Below the pieces are notes generated by a model. The model was not told where the DNA came from. It made no database searches and saw nothing but the letters and a program-made list of their open reading frames with translations. The position numbers and the translations under genes are program-made. From Mobula hypostoma (Eukaryota), in NCBI RefSeq assembly GCF_963921235.1, contig NC_086108.1, forward strand, positions 12,896,001-12,960,000: a stretch of DNA of 64,000 bases. The letters run 5' to 3'. Shown in pieces: positions 45,701 to 61,780 of this stretch (the first letter of the stretch is position 1; every line of letters begins with the position of its first letter).

Positions 45701-48700
45701 TTAATCCCCACCATCACCCCTGGCTATCACAACATTAATCCCCACTATCAACCCTGGCTATGACAACATTGAACCCCACTATCACTCCTGCTATGACAAC
45801 ATTAATCCCCACCATCACCCTGGGATATGACAACATTATTCCCCACTATCACCATTGGCAATGACAACATTAATCCCCACTATCACTGCTAGCTATGACA
45901 ACATTAATCCCCAATATCACCCCTGCTATGATAACATTAATCCCCAATATCACCATTGGCTATCACAACATTAATCCCCACTTTCACCATTGGCTATCAC
46001 AACAGTAAACCCCACTATCACCCTGGCTATGGCAACATTAATGCCCACTATCACCCCTGGCTATGACAACATTAATCCCCACTATCACCACTGGCTATGA
46101 CAACATTAACCCCCAATATCACCCCTGCTATAACAACATTAATCTCCACTCTCACCACAGCTATGACAACATTAATCCCCACAATCACCCCTGGCTATGA
46201 CAACATTAATCCCCAATATCACCCCTGCATTGACAACATTAATCCCAACTATCACTATTGGCTATCACAACAGTAATCCCCACCATCACCCCTTGGGATG
46301 ACAACATTAATCCACACTATCACCCCTGTCTATGACAACATTAATCCCCAATATCACCATTGGCTATCACAACAGTAAACCCCACTATCACCCTGGCTAT
46401 GGCAACATTAATGCCCACTATCACTCCTGGCTATGACAACATTAATCCCCACTATCACTCCTGGCCATGACAACATTAATCCCCACTATTACCCCTGGCT
46501 ATGACAACATTAATCCCACTATCACCATTCGGTATGACAATATTAATCCTCAATTTCACCATTGGCTATGACAACATTAATCCCCACTTTCACCATTGGC
46601 TATGACAACAGTAATCCCCACTATCACCCCTGGCAATGACAACATTAATCCCCACTATCACCCCAGTCTATGACAACATTAATCCCCACTATCACCGCTG
46701 ACTATGACAACATTAATCCCCACTGTCACCCCTGGCTATGACAACATTAATCCCCACTATCAATGTTGGGTATGACAACATTAATACCCACTATCACCTT
46801 TGGCGATGACAACATTAATCCCCACTATCACCCCTAGCTATGACAACATTAAACCGCACTATCACCACTGGTTATGACAACATTAATCCCCACTATCACC
46901 ATTGGCTATGACAGCATTAATCCCCAATATCACCACTGCTAGGACAACATTAATCCCAACTATCACCCTGGCTATGACAGCATTAATCCCCACTATCACC
47001 CCTGGGTTTGACAACACTAATCCCCATTATGCCCGCTGGCTATGACAACAATAATCCCCACTATCACCATTAGCTATGGCAACGTTATTGCCCACCATCA
47101 CCCCGGCTATGACAACGTTAATCCCCACTATCACTCCTGTTATTAAAACATTATTCTCCACCATCACCACTGGCTATGACATCATTAATACCCACTATCA
47201 CCATTGGCTATGACAATATTAATCCACACTATCACCCCTGTCTATGACAACATTAATCCCCAATATCACCATTGGCTATCACAACAGTAAACCCCACTAT
47301 CACCCTGGCTATGGCAACATTAATGCCCACTATCACTCCTGGCTATGACAACATTAATCCCCACTATCATCCCTAGCTATGACAACATTAAACCGCACTA
47401 TCACCACTGGTTATGACAACATTAATCCCCACTATCACCATTGGCTATGACAGCATTAATCCCCAACATCACCACTGCTAGGACAACATTAATCCTAACT
47501 ATCACCCCTGGGTTTGACAACACTAATCCCCATTATGCCCGCTGGCTATGACAACAATAATCCCCACTATCACCATTAGCTATGGCAACGTTCCGGCTAT
47601 GACAACGTTAATCCCCACTATCACTCCTGTTATTACAACATTACTCTCCACCATCACCACTGGCTATGACATCATTAATACCCACTATCACCATTGGCTA
47701 TGACAATATTAATCATCACTATCACCCCTGCTATGACAACATTAATCCCTACTATCACCCCTGGCAATGGGATCATTAATCCCCACCATCACCCCTGGCT
47801 ATGACAACATAAATTCCCACTATCACCATTGGCTATGACAACATTAATAACCATTATCACCCCTGGCTATGACAACATTAATCCCCACTATCACCCCTGG
47901 CTATGACAACATTAATCCCCAATATCACCCCTGCTATGACAACATTAAACCCCACTATCACTTTTGGCTATGACAAGGTTAATCCCCACTGTCACCCCTC
48001 CTATTACAACATTCATTCCCACTTTCACCATTAGCTATGGCAACATTAATCCCCACTATCACCGCTGGCTACGACAACATTAATCCCTACTATCACCATT
48101 GGCGATGACTACATTAAACCTCACTATCCCCTATGCTATGACAACATTAATCCCCACCATCACCCCGGGATATGACAACATTATTCCCCACTATCACCCC
48201 TGTCTATGACAACATTAATTTCCACTATCACTGCTAGCTATGACAACATTAATCCCCAATATCACCCCTGCTATGATAACATTAATCCCCACTATTAACC
48301 CTGGCTATGACAACATTAATCCCCACCATCACCCCAGCTATGACAACATTAAACACCACTATCAATCCCGTTATTACAACATTAATCCCCACTGTCACCA
48401 TTGGGTGTGACCACATTAATCCACTATATCATCTCGGCTTTGACAACATTAAACCCCACTATCACCTTTGGCTATGACAAGGTTAATCCCCACTGTCACC
48501 CCTGCTATTACAACATTCATTCCCACTTTCACCATTAGCTATGGCAACATTAATACCCACCATCACCCCTGGCGACGACAACATTAATCCCTACAATCAC
48601 CATTGGCTACGACAACGTTAATGCCCACTATCACTACTGGCTCTGACAACTGTAATCCCTACTATCACCATTCGCGATGACTACATTACTCCTCACTATC

Positions 48701-51700
48701 ACCCCTGGCTATGACAACATTAATCCCCACCATCACCCCTGGCTATGACACCATTAATCCCCACTATCACCCTTGCCTATGACTTTAATCCTCACTATCA
48801 CCAATAGCTATGACAACATTAATCCCCATTATCACGCCTGCTATGACAACGTTAATCCCCACTATCACCCCTGCTATTACAACATTAATCCCCACTATCA
48901 CGCCTGGCTACGACAACATTAATCCCCACTTTCACCATTGGCTATGACAACATTAATCCCCACTCTCACCCATTCGATATGTCAACATTAATCACCACTA
49001 TCACTTTTGGCTATGACATTAATACTCATATGACCCCTGTCCATGACAATATTAATCCCCACTATCACCATTGGCTATGACAACATTAATCCCCACTATC
49101 ACGCCTGGCTATTGCAATATTAATCCCCACTATCAGCCCTGCTATGACAACATTAATCCCCACTATCACCATAGGCTATAACAACATTAATCCCCACTAT
49201 CACGCCTGGCTATGACAACATTAATCCCCAATATCACCCCTGCATTGACAACATTAATCCCAACTATCACTATTGGCTATCACAACAGTCATCCCCACCA
49301 TCACCCCTTGGGATGACAACATTAATCCACACTATCACCCCTGTCTATGACAACATTAATCCCCACTATCACCATTGGCTATCACAACATTAATCCCCAC
49401 TATCACCCATATCTATGACAACATTAATCCCCCCTATCACCACTGGCTATGACAACATTAATCCTCACTCTGACCCCTGATATGCCAACATTAATCCCCA
49501 CTATCACCACTGGCTATGACAACATTAATCTCCACTATCACCATTTGCTATGATAACATTAATCCCCACTAACACTCCTGGCTACGTCAACATTAATTGT
49601 CACTATCATTCCTGGCTATGAGAATATTAATCCCCACTATCACCCCTGGCTATGACAACTGTAATGTCCACTATCACCCTGGCTATGGCAACATTACTGC
49701 CCATTATCACCTCTGGCTATGTCAACATTAATCCCCACTTTCACCATTGGCAATGACAATATTAATCCCACTATCACCCCTGGCTATGACAACATTAATC
49801 CCCACAATCACCCCTGGCTATGACAACATTAATCCACACTATCACCCCTGTCTATGACAACATTAATCCCCAATATCACCATTGGCTATCACAACATTAA
49901 TCCCCACTATCACCCATATCTATGACAACATTAATCCCCACTATCACCACTGGCTATGACAGCATTAATCCCCACAATCACCATCGGCTATGACAACATT
50001 AATCCCCACTATCACCACAGGCAATGACATCATTAATACTCACTATCACCATTGGCTATGACAACATTAATCAACACTATCACCCCTGGCTATGACAATA
50101 TTAATCCCCACTGTCACCCCTAATATGACAACATTAATCCCCACTATCAATCGTGACCATGACAACATTAATCCCCACTATTACCCCTGGCTATGACAAC
50201 ATTAATCCCACTATCACCATTCGGTATGACAATATTAATCCTCAATTTCACCATTGGCTATGACAACATTAATCCCCACTTTCACTATTGGCTATGACAA
50301 CAGTAATCCCCACTATCACCCCTGGCAATGACAATATTAATCCCCACTATCAGCCCTGGCTATGACAACATTAATCCCCACTATCTCCCCTGTCTATGAC
50401 AACATTAATCCCCACTTTCACCATTGGCTATGACAACATTAATCCCCACTTTCACCCCTGGCTATCACAACATAAATCCCCACTTTCACCATTGGCTATC
50501 ACAACAGTAAACCCCACTATCACCCTGGCTATGGCAACATTAATGCCCACTGTCACCCCTGGCTATGACAACATTAATGCCCACTATCACTCCTGGCTGT
50601 GACAACAGTAATCCCCACTATCACTGTTGGCTATAACAACATTAATCCCCACCATCACCTTTGGCGATGACAACTTTAATCCCCACTATCAATGTTGGCT
50701 ATGACAACATTAATACCCACTATCACCTTTGGCGATGACAACATTAATCCCCACTATCACCCCTAGCTATGACAACATTAAACCGCACTATCACCACTGG
50801 TTATGACAACATTAATTCTCACTATCACCATTGGCTATGACAGCATTAATCCCCAATATCACCACTGCTAGGACAACATTAATCCCAACTATCTCCCCTG
50901 GGTTTGACAACACTAATCCCCATTATGCCCGCTGGCTATGACAACAATAATCCCCACTATCACCATTAGCTATGGCAACGTTATTCCCCACCATCACCCC
51001 TGCTATAACAACGTTAATACCCACTATCATCCATGCTATAACAACGTTAATCCCCACTATCACTCCTGTTATTACAACATTACTCTCCACCATCACCACT
51101 GGCTATGACATCATTAATACCCACTATCACCATTGGCTATGACAAAATTAATCATCACTATCACCCCTGCTATGACAATATTAATCCCCACCATCACCCC
51201 TGGCTATAACAACATTAATCCCCACTATCACCCCTGGCAATGAGAACATTAATCACCACCATCACCCCTGGCTATGACAACATAAATTCCCACTATCAAC
51301 ATTGGCTATGACAGCATTAATCACCATTATCACCCCTGGCTATGACAACATTAAACCCCAGTATCACCTTTGGCTATGACAAGGTTAATCCCCACTGTCA
51401 CCCCTGCTATTACAACATTCATTCCCACTTTCACCATTGGCTATGACAACATTAATCCCCACTATCGCCCCTGGCTACGACAACATTAATCCCTGCAATC
51501 ACCATTGGCTACGACAACATTAATCCCCACTATCACTACTGGCTATGACAACATTAATCCCTACTATCACCATTCGCGATGACTACTTTAATCCTCACTA
51601 TCACCCCTGCTATGACAACATTAATCCCCACCATCACCCCTGGCTATGACAACATTAATCCCCACTATCTCCCTTGCCTATGACATTAATCCTCACTGTC

Positions 51701-54700
51701 ACCAATAGCTATGACAACATTAATCCCCATTATCACCCCTGCTATTACAACATTAATCCCCACTATCACACCTGGCTACGAAAACATTAATCCCCACTTT
51801 CACCATTGGCTATGACAACAGTAATCCCCACCATCACCACTGGATAAGACAACATTAATACCCACTATCACCTTTGGCGATGACAACATTAATCCCCACT
51901 ATCATCCCTAGCTATGACAACATTAAACCGCACTATCACCACTGGTTATAACAACATTAATCCCCACTATCACCCCTGGGTTTGACAACACTAATCCCCA
52001 TTATGCCCGCTGGCTATGACAACAGTAATCCCCACTATCGCCATTGGCTATGGTAACGTTATTCCCCACCATCACCCCTGCTATGACAACGCTAATACCC
52101 ACTATCATACATGCTATGACAACATTAATCCTCACCTCACTACTGTTATTACAACATTACTCTCCACCATCCCCACTGGCTATGACATCATTAATACCCA
52201 CTATCACCATTGGCTATGACAATATTAATCCCCAATATCACCCTGGCTATGGCAACATTAATGCCCACTGTCACCCCTGGCTATGACAACATTAATGCCC
52301 ACTATCACTCCTGGCTGTGACTATCACCATCCGCTATTACAACATTAAACACCACTCTCAATCCTGCTATGACAACATTGAACACCACTGTCACCATAGG
52401 CTGTGACCACATTAATCCCCACTATCACCGTTGGCTGTGACCACATTAATCCCCTAAATCATCCCTGCTTTGACAATATTAAACCCCACAATCACCTTTG
52501 GCTATGACAACATTAATCCCCACCATCAACCCCGCTATGACAACATTAATCCCCACTATCACCCTTGCCTATAACATTAATACTCACTATCACCAATAGC
52601 TATGACAAAAGTAATCCCCATTATCGCGCCTGCTATGACAACGTTAATCCCCACTATCACCCCTGCTATTACAACATTAATCCCCACTATCACCCTGGTT
52701 ATGGCAACATTAATGCCCACTGTCACCCCTGGCTATGACAACATTAATACCCACTCTCACTCCTGGCTGTGACAACATTAATTCCCACTATCACTGTTGG
52801 CTATAACAACATTAATCCCCACCATCACCACTGGATATGACAACATTAATACCCACTATCACCTTTGGCGATGACAACATTAATCCCCACTATCACCCCT
52901 AGCTATAACAACATTAAACCGCACTATCACCACTGGTTATGACAACATTAATCCCAACTATCACCCTGACTATAATAGCATTAATCCGCCCTATCACCCC
53001 AGGGTTTGACAACACTAATCCTCATTATGCCCGCTGGCTATGAAAACAATAATCTCCACTATCACCATTGGCTATGGCAACGTTATTCCCCACCATCACC
53101 ACTGCTATGACAACGTTAATCCCCACTATCACTCCTGTTATTACAACATTACTCTCCACCATCACCACTGGCTATGACATCATTAATACCCACTATCACC
53201 ATTGGCTATAACAACATTAATCATCACTATCACCCCAGCTATGACAATATTAATCCCCACCATCAGCCCTGGCTATGACAAACTTAATCCCACTGTCACC
53301 ATTGGCTGTCACCACATTAATCCCCTATATCACCCCTGCATTGACAATATTAAACCCCACTATCTCCCTTGGCTATGACAACATTAATCCCCACTATCAC
53401 CCTGGCTATGACAGCATTATTCCCCGTTATCACCATCGGCTATGACAACATTAATCCCCACCATCACCCCCGCTATGACAACATTAAACACCACTATCTC
53501 CCCGGCTATAACAACATTAATCCCCACTCTCACCCCTGGATATGTCAACGTTAATCATCACTTTCACCTTTGGCTATGACATTAATACTCATATGACCCC
53601 TGTCCATGACAATATTAATCCCCACTATCACCATTGGCTATGACAACATTAATCCCCAGTATCACGCCTGGCTATTGCAATATTAATCCCCACCATCAGC
53701 CCTGCTATGACAACATTAATCCCCACTATCACCATAGGCTATGACAACATTAATCCCCACTATCACCCCTGGCTATGACAACATTAATCCCCAATATCAC
53801 CCCTGCAATGACAACATTAATCCCCACTACCACACCTGGCTATTGCAATATTAATCCCCACTATCAGCCCTGCTATGACAACATTAATCCCCACTATCAC
53901 CCCTGGCTATGACAACATTAATCCCCACTTTCACCATTGGCTATGACAATAGTAATCCCCACTATCACCCTGGCTATTGCAACATTAATGCCCACTGTCA
54001 CCCCTGGCTATGAATACATTAATCCCCACTGTCACCATTGGCTGTGACCACATTAATCCCCTATATCACCCCTGCTTTGACAATATTAAACCCCACTCTC
54101 ACCCTTGGCTATGACAACATTAATCCCCACTATCACCATCGGCTATGACAACATTAATCCCCACCATCACCCCCGCTATGACAACATTAAACACCACTCT
54201 CAATCCTGCTGTGACAACATTAATCCCCACTGTCACCGTTGGCTGTGACCACATTAATCCCCTATAACACCCCTGCTTTGACAATATTAAACGCCACTAT
54301 CACCCTTGGCTATTACATCATTAATGCCCACTGTCACCCCTGGATATGACAACATTAATCCCCACTGTCACCATTGGCTGTGACCACATTAATCCCCTAT
54401 ATCATTTCTGCTTTGACAATATTAACCCCCACTATCACCCCTGGCTATGAGATCGTTAATCCCCACTATCACCCCTGGCTATGACAACATTAATCCCCAC
54501 TATCACCCTTGGCTATGACATTAATCCTCACTATCACCAATAGCTATGAGAACATTAATCCCCATTATCACGCCTGCTATGACAACATTAATCCCCACTA
54601 TCACCCCTGCTATTAAAAAATTAATCCCCACCATCACCCCTGGCTATGACAACATAAATTGCCACTATCACCATTGCCTATCACATTAATCCTCACTATC

Positions 54701-57700
54701 ACCAATAGCTGTGACAACATTAATCCCCATTATCACGCCTGCTATGACAATGTTAATCCCCACTATCACCCCTGCTATTACAACATTAATCCCCACGATC
54801 ACCCCTGGCTATGACAACATTAATCCCCACCATCACCATTGGTTGTGACCACAGTAATCCCCAATATCACCCCTGCTATGACAACATTAAACACCACTAT
54901 CAACCCTGCTATGACAACATTAATCCCCACTATCACTCCTGGCAATGACAACATTAAGCCCCACTATCACCCCTGGTTATGACAACATTAATCCCCACTA
55001 TCACCATTGGCTATTACAACATTAATCCATACCGTCACCCCTGGCTATGACCACATTAATCCCCACTGTCACCCCTGCTATGACAACATTAATCCCCTCT
55101 TCCACCCCTGGTTATGACAACATTAATCCCCACTATCACCATTGGCTATGACAAAAGTAATCCCTATCATCACCCCTGGGTATGACAACTTTAATCTCCA
55201 CTATCACCATTCGCTATGACAACATTAATCCTGACTATCAGCATTGGCTATGACAAGATTAATCCCCACCATCACCCCTGCTATGACAACATTAATCCCC
55301 ACTATCACCCCTGCTATGACACTATTAATCTCCACTATAAACCCAGTCTATGACAACATTAAACCCCACTATCATCCCTGGCTACGAACTTAATCCTCAC
55401 TATCACCATTGGTTATGACAACATTAATCCCCACTATCACCCCTGCTATGACAGCATTAATCCCCAGCATCAACTCTGGGTATGACAACATTAATCCCCA
55501 GTGTCACCCCTGCTATGACAACATTAATCCCCACTATCACCCCTGGCTATGAGAACATTAATGCTCTCTATCACCCCAGGGCATGAGAACATTACTCCCC
55601 ATCTTCAGACCTGGCTGTGGCAACATTTATCCCCACTATCCCATGGGTATGACAACATTAATCCCCACAATCACCCCTGGCTATGACAAAACTAATCCCC
55701 ACTATCACCATTCGCTATGACAATATTAATACTCAGTATCATCACTGACTATGACAACATTAATCCCTCAATCACCCCTCGCTATGACAACAGTAATCCC
55801 CAGTATCAACCTGGCTATGGCGACATTAATCCCCACAATCACCCCTTAGGATGACAACATTAATGCACACTATCACCCCTGTCTATGACAACATTAATCC
55901 CCACTATCACCATTGGCTATCACAACATTAATCCCCACTATCACCCATATCTATGATAACATTAATCCACACTATCACCACTGGCTATGACAAACATTAA
56001 TCCACACTATCACGCCTGCTATGAGAACAGTAATCCCCAGTATGACCCCCGGCTGTGACAACATTAATCCCCACTATCACACCTGGCTATGACAACATTA
56101 ATCCCTATTATCACCATTGGCTATGACAACAGCGATCCTCAGTATCACCCTGGCTAAGGCAACATTAATGCCCACTGTCACCCCTGGCTATGACAACATT
56201 AATCCCCACTGGCACCATTGGCTGTGACCACATTAATCCCCAATATCACCCCTGCTTTGACAATGTTAAACCCCACCATCATCCTTGGCTATGAGAACAT
56301 TAATCATCACCATAAATCTTTGGCAATGACGACAATGATTCCCACCATCACCCCTGGCAATGACAACAGTAATCCCCACTATCACCCCTGCTATGAGAAC
56401 AGTAGTCCCCAGTATGACCCCTGGCTGTGACAACATTAAACCCCACTATCACCCCTGCTACGACAACGTTAATCCCCACTATCACCATAGGCTATGACAG
56501 CATTAATCCTGACTATCACCCGCGCTATGACAACAATACTCCCCACTCTCACCCCTGGCAATGACCACATTAATCCCCACTATCACCCCTGGCTATGACA
56601 ACTTTAATCCCCACCATCACCATTCGCGATGACAACATTAATCCTCACTATCAGCAATTGCTATGACAACTTTAAACTGCATTATCACCCCAGTCTATGA
56701 CAATATTAAACCCCACTATCACCCCTGGCTATGACATTAATCCTCACTATCACCATTGGTTTTGCCAACATTAATCCCCACTATCACCCCTGCTATTACA
56801 ACATTAATCCCCAATATCACCACTGGCTATGACAACATTAACGCTCTCTATCACCCCTAGGCATGAGAACATTAATCCCCACTATCAGACCAGGCTACGA
56901 CAACATTAATCTCCACAATCACTCCTGGCTATGACAACATTAATACCCATTATCACCATTCGCTATGACAACAGTAATTCCCACTATCACCCTGGCTATG
57001 GCAAAATTAATCCCCACTATCACCCCTGGCTATGACAACATTAATCCTCACTATCACCCCTGCTATTACAACATTAATCCCCACCATCACCCCTGGCTAT
57101 GACAAATTAATCCGCACCATCACCCCTAGCAATGACAACATTAATCACCACTATCACCATTGGCTATGAAAACATTAATCCCTACCATCACCCCTGGCTA
57201 TAACATTAATCCTCACTATCACCATTGGCTATGACAACATTTATCCTCACTATCACCCCTGCTATGACAACATTAATCCCCACCATCACCCCAGGCTATG
57301 ACAACATTAATCCCCACCATCACCCCAGGCTATGACAACATTATTCCCCACTATCACCCCTGGGTATGAGAACATTAATCCCCACTATCAGACCTGCCTA
57401 TGGCAAAATTTATCCCCACTATCCCATGACTATGGCAACATTAATCCCCTCTATCATGCCTGGCTATGACAACTTTAAACCCCACAATCACCCCTGGCTA
57501 TGACAACTTCAATGCACAGCATCGCCCCTGGCTATGACAACATTAATCCCCACTATCACCATAGGCTATGACAACATTAATCCCCACTATCACCCTTGGC
57601 TATGACATTAATCCTCACTATCACCAATATCTATGAGAACATTAATCCCCATTATCACGCCTGCTATGACAACATTAATCCCCACTATCACCCCTTCTAT

Positions 57701-60700
57701 TACATCATTAATCCCCACCATCACCCCTGGCTATGACAATATTAATCGCCACTATCACCCTTGCCTATGACATTAATCCTCACTATCACCAACAGCTGTG
57801 ACAACATTAATCCCCATTATCACACTGCTATGACAACGTTAATCCCCACTATCATCCCTGCTATTACAACATTAATCCCCACTATCACCCCTTCTATTAC
57901 AACATTAATCCCCACCATCACCCCTGGCTATGACAATATTAATCCCACTATCACTGCTGGCTATGTCAATATTAATCCCCAATATCACCCCTGCTATGAC
58001 AACATTAATCCCCACTTTCACCATTGGCTATGACAACAGTAATCCCCACTATCAGCCTGGCTATGACAACAGTAATGCCCACTGTCATCCCTGGCTATGA
58101 CAACATTAATCCCCACTGTCACCATTGGCTGTGACCACATTAATCCCCTATATCACCCCTCAATTGACAATATTAAACCCCACCATCTCCCTTGGATATG
58201 ACAACATTAATCCCCACTATCACCCTGGCTATAACAGCATTAATCCCCGTTATCACCGTCGGCTATGACAACATTAATCCCCACCATCACCCCCGCTATG
58301 ATAACAATAAACACGACTCTCAATCCTGCTGTGACAACATTAATCCCCACTGTCGATATTGGCTATGACAACATTAATCCCCACTATATCCCCTGGCTAT
58401 AACAACATTAATCCCCACTGTCACCACTGGCCATGAAAACATTAATCCCCACTATCACCGCTGGCTGTGACAACGTTAATCCGCACTATCACCCCTGCTA
58501 TGACAACATTAAACACCACTCTCAATCCTGCTATGACAACATTAATCCCTACTATCACCATTGGCTATGACAACATTAATCCCCACCATCACCCCTGGTA
58601 TGACAACGTTAATCCCCACTCTCACCCCTGGATATGTCAATGTTAATCATCACTTTCACCTTTGGCTATGACATTAATACTCATATGACCCGTGTCCATG
58701 ACAACATTAATCCCCACTATCACCATAGGCTATGACAATATTAATCCCCACTATCACCCCTGGCTATGACAACATTAATCCCCAATATCACCCCTGCAAT
58801 GACAACATTAATCCCCACTATCACCCCTGGCTATGACAAAATTAATCCCCACTTTCACCATTGGCTATGACAATAGTATTCCCCACTATCACCCTGGCTA
58901 TTGCAATATTAATGCCCACTGTCACCCCTGGCTATGAATGCATTAATCCCCACTGTCACCATTGGCTGTGACCACATTAAACCCCTATATCACCCCTGCT
59001 TTGACAATATTAAACCCCACTCTCACCCTTGGTTATGACAACATTAATGCCCACTGTGACCCCTGGATATGACAACATTAATCCCCACTGTCACCATTGG
59101 CTGTGACCACATTAATCCCCCATATCATCCCTGCTTTGACAATATTAACCCCCACTATCACCCCTGGATATGACAACATTAATCCCCACTATCACCATAG
59201 GCTATGACAACATTAATCCCCAGTGTCACCCCTGCTATGACATTAATCCCCAATATCACCCCTGGCTATGACAACATTAAACCCCACTATCACCCCTGGC
59301 TATGAACTTAATCCTCACTATCACCATTGGTTATGACAACATTAATCCCCACTATCACCCCTGCTATTACAACATTAATCCCCAGCATCAACTCTGCGTA
59401 TGACAACATTAATCCCCAGTGTCACCCCTGCTATGACAACATTAATCCCCACTATCACCCCTGGCTATGAGAACATTAATGCTCTCTATCACCCCAGGGC
59501 ATGAGAACATTACTCCCCACCTTCAGACCTGGCTGTGGCAACATTTATTCCCACTATCCCATGGCTATGACAACATTAATCCCCACAATCACCCCTGGCT
59601 ATGACAAAACTAATCCCCACTATCACCATTCGCTATGACAATATTAATACTCAGTATCATCACTGACTATGACAACATTAATCCCTCAATCACCCCTCGC
59701 TATGACAACAGTAATCCCCAGTATCAACCTGGCTATGGCAACATTAATACCCACTATCACCCCTGGCTATGACAACATTAATCCACACTATCACCACTGG
59801 CTATGACAAACATTAATCCACACTTTCACGCCTGCTATGAGAACAGTAATCCCCAGTATGACCCCTGGCTGTGACAACATTAATCCCCACTATCACACCT
59901 GGCTATGACAACATTAATCCCTATTATCACCATTGGCTATGACAACAGCGATCCCCAGTATCACCCTGGCTAAGGCAACATTAATGCCCACTGTCACCAT
60001 TGGCTGTGACCACATTAATCCCCAATATCACCCCTGCTTTGACAATGTTAAACCCCACTATCATCCTTGGCTATGACAACATTAATCATCACCATAACCA
60101 TTGGCAATGACGACAATGATCCCCACCATCACCCCTGGCAATTACAACAGTAATCCCCACTATCACCCCTGCTATGACAACATTAATCCCAACTATCACC
60201 ATAGGCTATGACAGCATTAATCCTGACTATCACCCGCGCTATGACAACATTACTCCCCACTCTCAGCCCTGGCAATGACAACATTAATCCCCACTATCAC
60301 CCCTGGCTATGACAACTTTAATCCCCAGCATCACCATTCGCGATGACAACATTAATCCTCACTATCAGCAATTGCTATGACAAGATTAAACCCCAACTTC
60401 ACCCCTGCTATGACAACATTAATCACCACTATCACCTCTGGCTATAACAACATTAATCCCCACTATCACCGCTGGCTCTGACAATATTAATACACACCAT
60501 CACCCCTGGCTTTGACAACATTAATCCCCAACTTCACCCCTGGCTATAACAACGTTAATCCCAACTATCACCCTTGCTATGACAACTTTAAACTGCATTA
60601 TCACCCCAGTCTATGACAATATTAAACCCCACTATCACCCCTGGCTATGACATTAATCCTCACTATCACCATTGGTTTTGACAACATTAATCCCCACTAT

Positions 60701-61440
60701 CACCCTTGCTATTACAACATTAATCCCCACAATCACTCCTGGCTATGACAACATTAATGCCCATTATCACCATTCGCTATGACAACAGTAATTCCCACTA
60801 TAACCCTGGCTATGGCAAAATTAATCCCCACTATCACTCCTGGCTATGACAACATTAATCCTCACTATCACCATTGGCTATGACAACATTAATCCCTATC
60901 GTCACCCCTGGCTATGACAACATTTATCCCCACTGTCACACCTGCTATGACAACATTAATCCCCACTACCACCCCTGGTTATGACAACATTAATCCCAAC
61001 TATCACCATTGGCTATGACAAAAGTAATCGCCACTAGCACCCCTGGCCATGACAACATTAATCCCCACTATCACCATTCGCTATGACAACATTAATCGTC
61101 ACTATTAGCATTGGCTATGACAAGAGTAATCCCCACCATCACCCCTGGCAATCACAACATTAATCCCCACAATCACCCCTGCTATGATAATATTAATCCC
61201 CACTATCACCCCTGGCTATGAGACCGTTAATCCCCACTATCACCCTGGCTATCACAACATTAATCCCTACCATCACCACTGGCAATGACAACATTAATCC
61301 CCACTATCACCCCGGACTATGATATTAATCCTCACTATCAACATTGGCTATGACAACATTAATCCCCACCATCACCCCTGGCAATGACAACATTAATCCC
61401 TACCGTCACCCCTGGCTATGAAAACATTAATCCCCACTAT

Positions 61441-61780
61441 CACCATTCGCTATGACAACATTAATCCTCACTATCAGCATTGGCTATGGCAAGATTAATC
61501 CCCACCATCACCCCTGCTATGGCAACATTAATCCCCATTATCACCCCTGGTAATGACAGACATAAATCCCCACTATCTTCCCTGGGTATGACAACTTTAA
61601 TCCCCACTATCACCATTCGCTATGACAACATTAATCCTCACTATCAGCATTGGCTATGGCAAGATTAATCCCCACCATCACCCCTGCTATGGCAACATTA
61701 ATCCCCATTATCACCCCTGGTAATGACAGACATAAATCCCCACTATCTTCCCTGGGTATGACAACTTTAATCCCCACTAT
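61441..61780. repeat. Perfect 170-bp (5-monomer) tandem duplication
   Basis: 61441-61610 and 61611-61780 are identical on base-by-base reading, including the rare GGTAATGACAGACATAAAT and TATCTTCCCTGGG variants. Confidence 0.92.
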
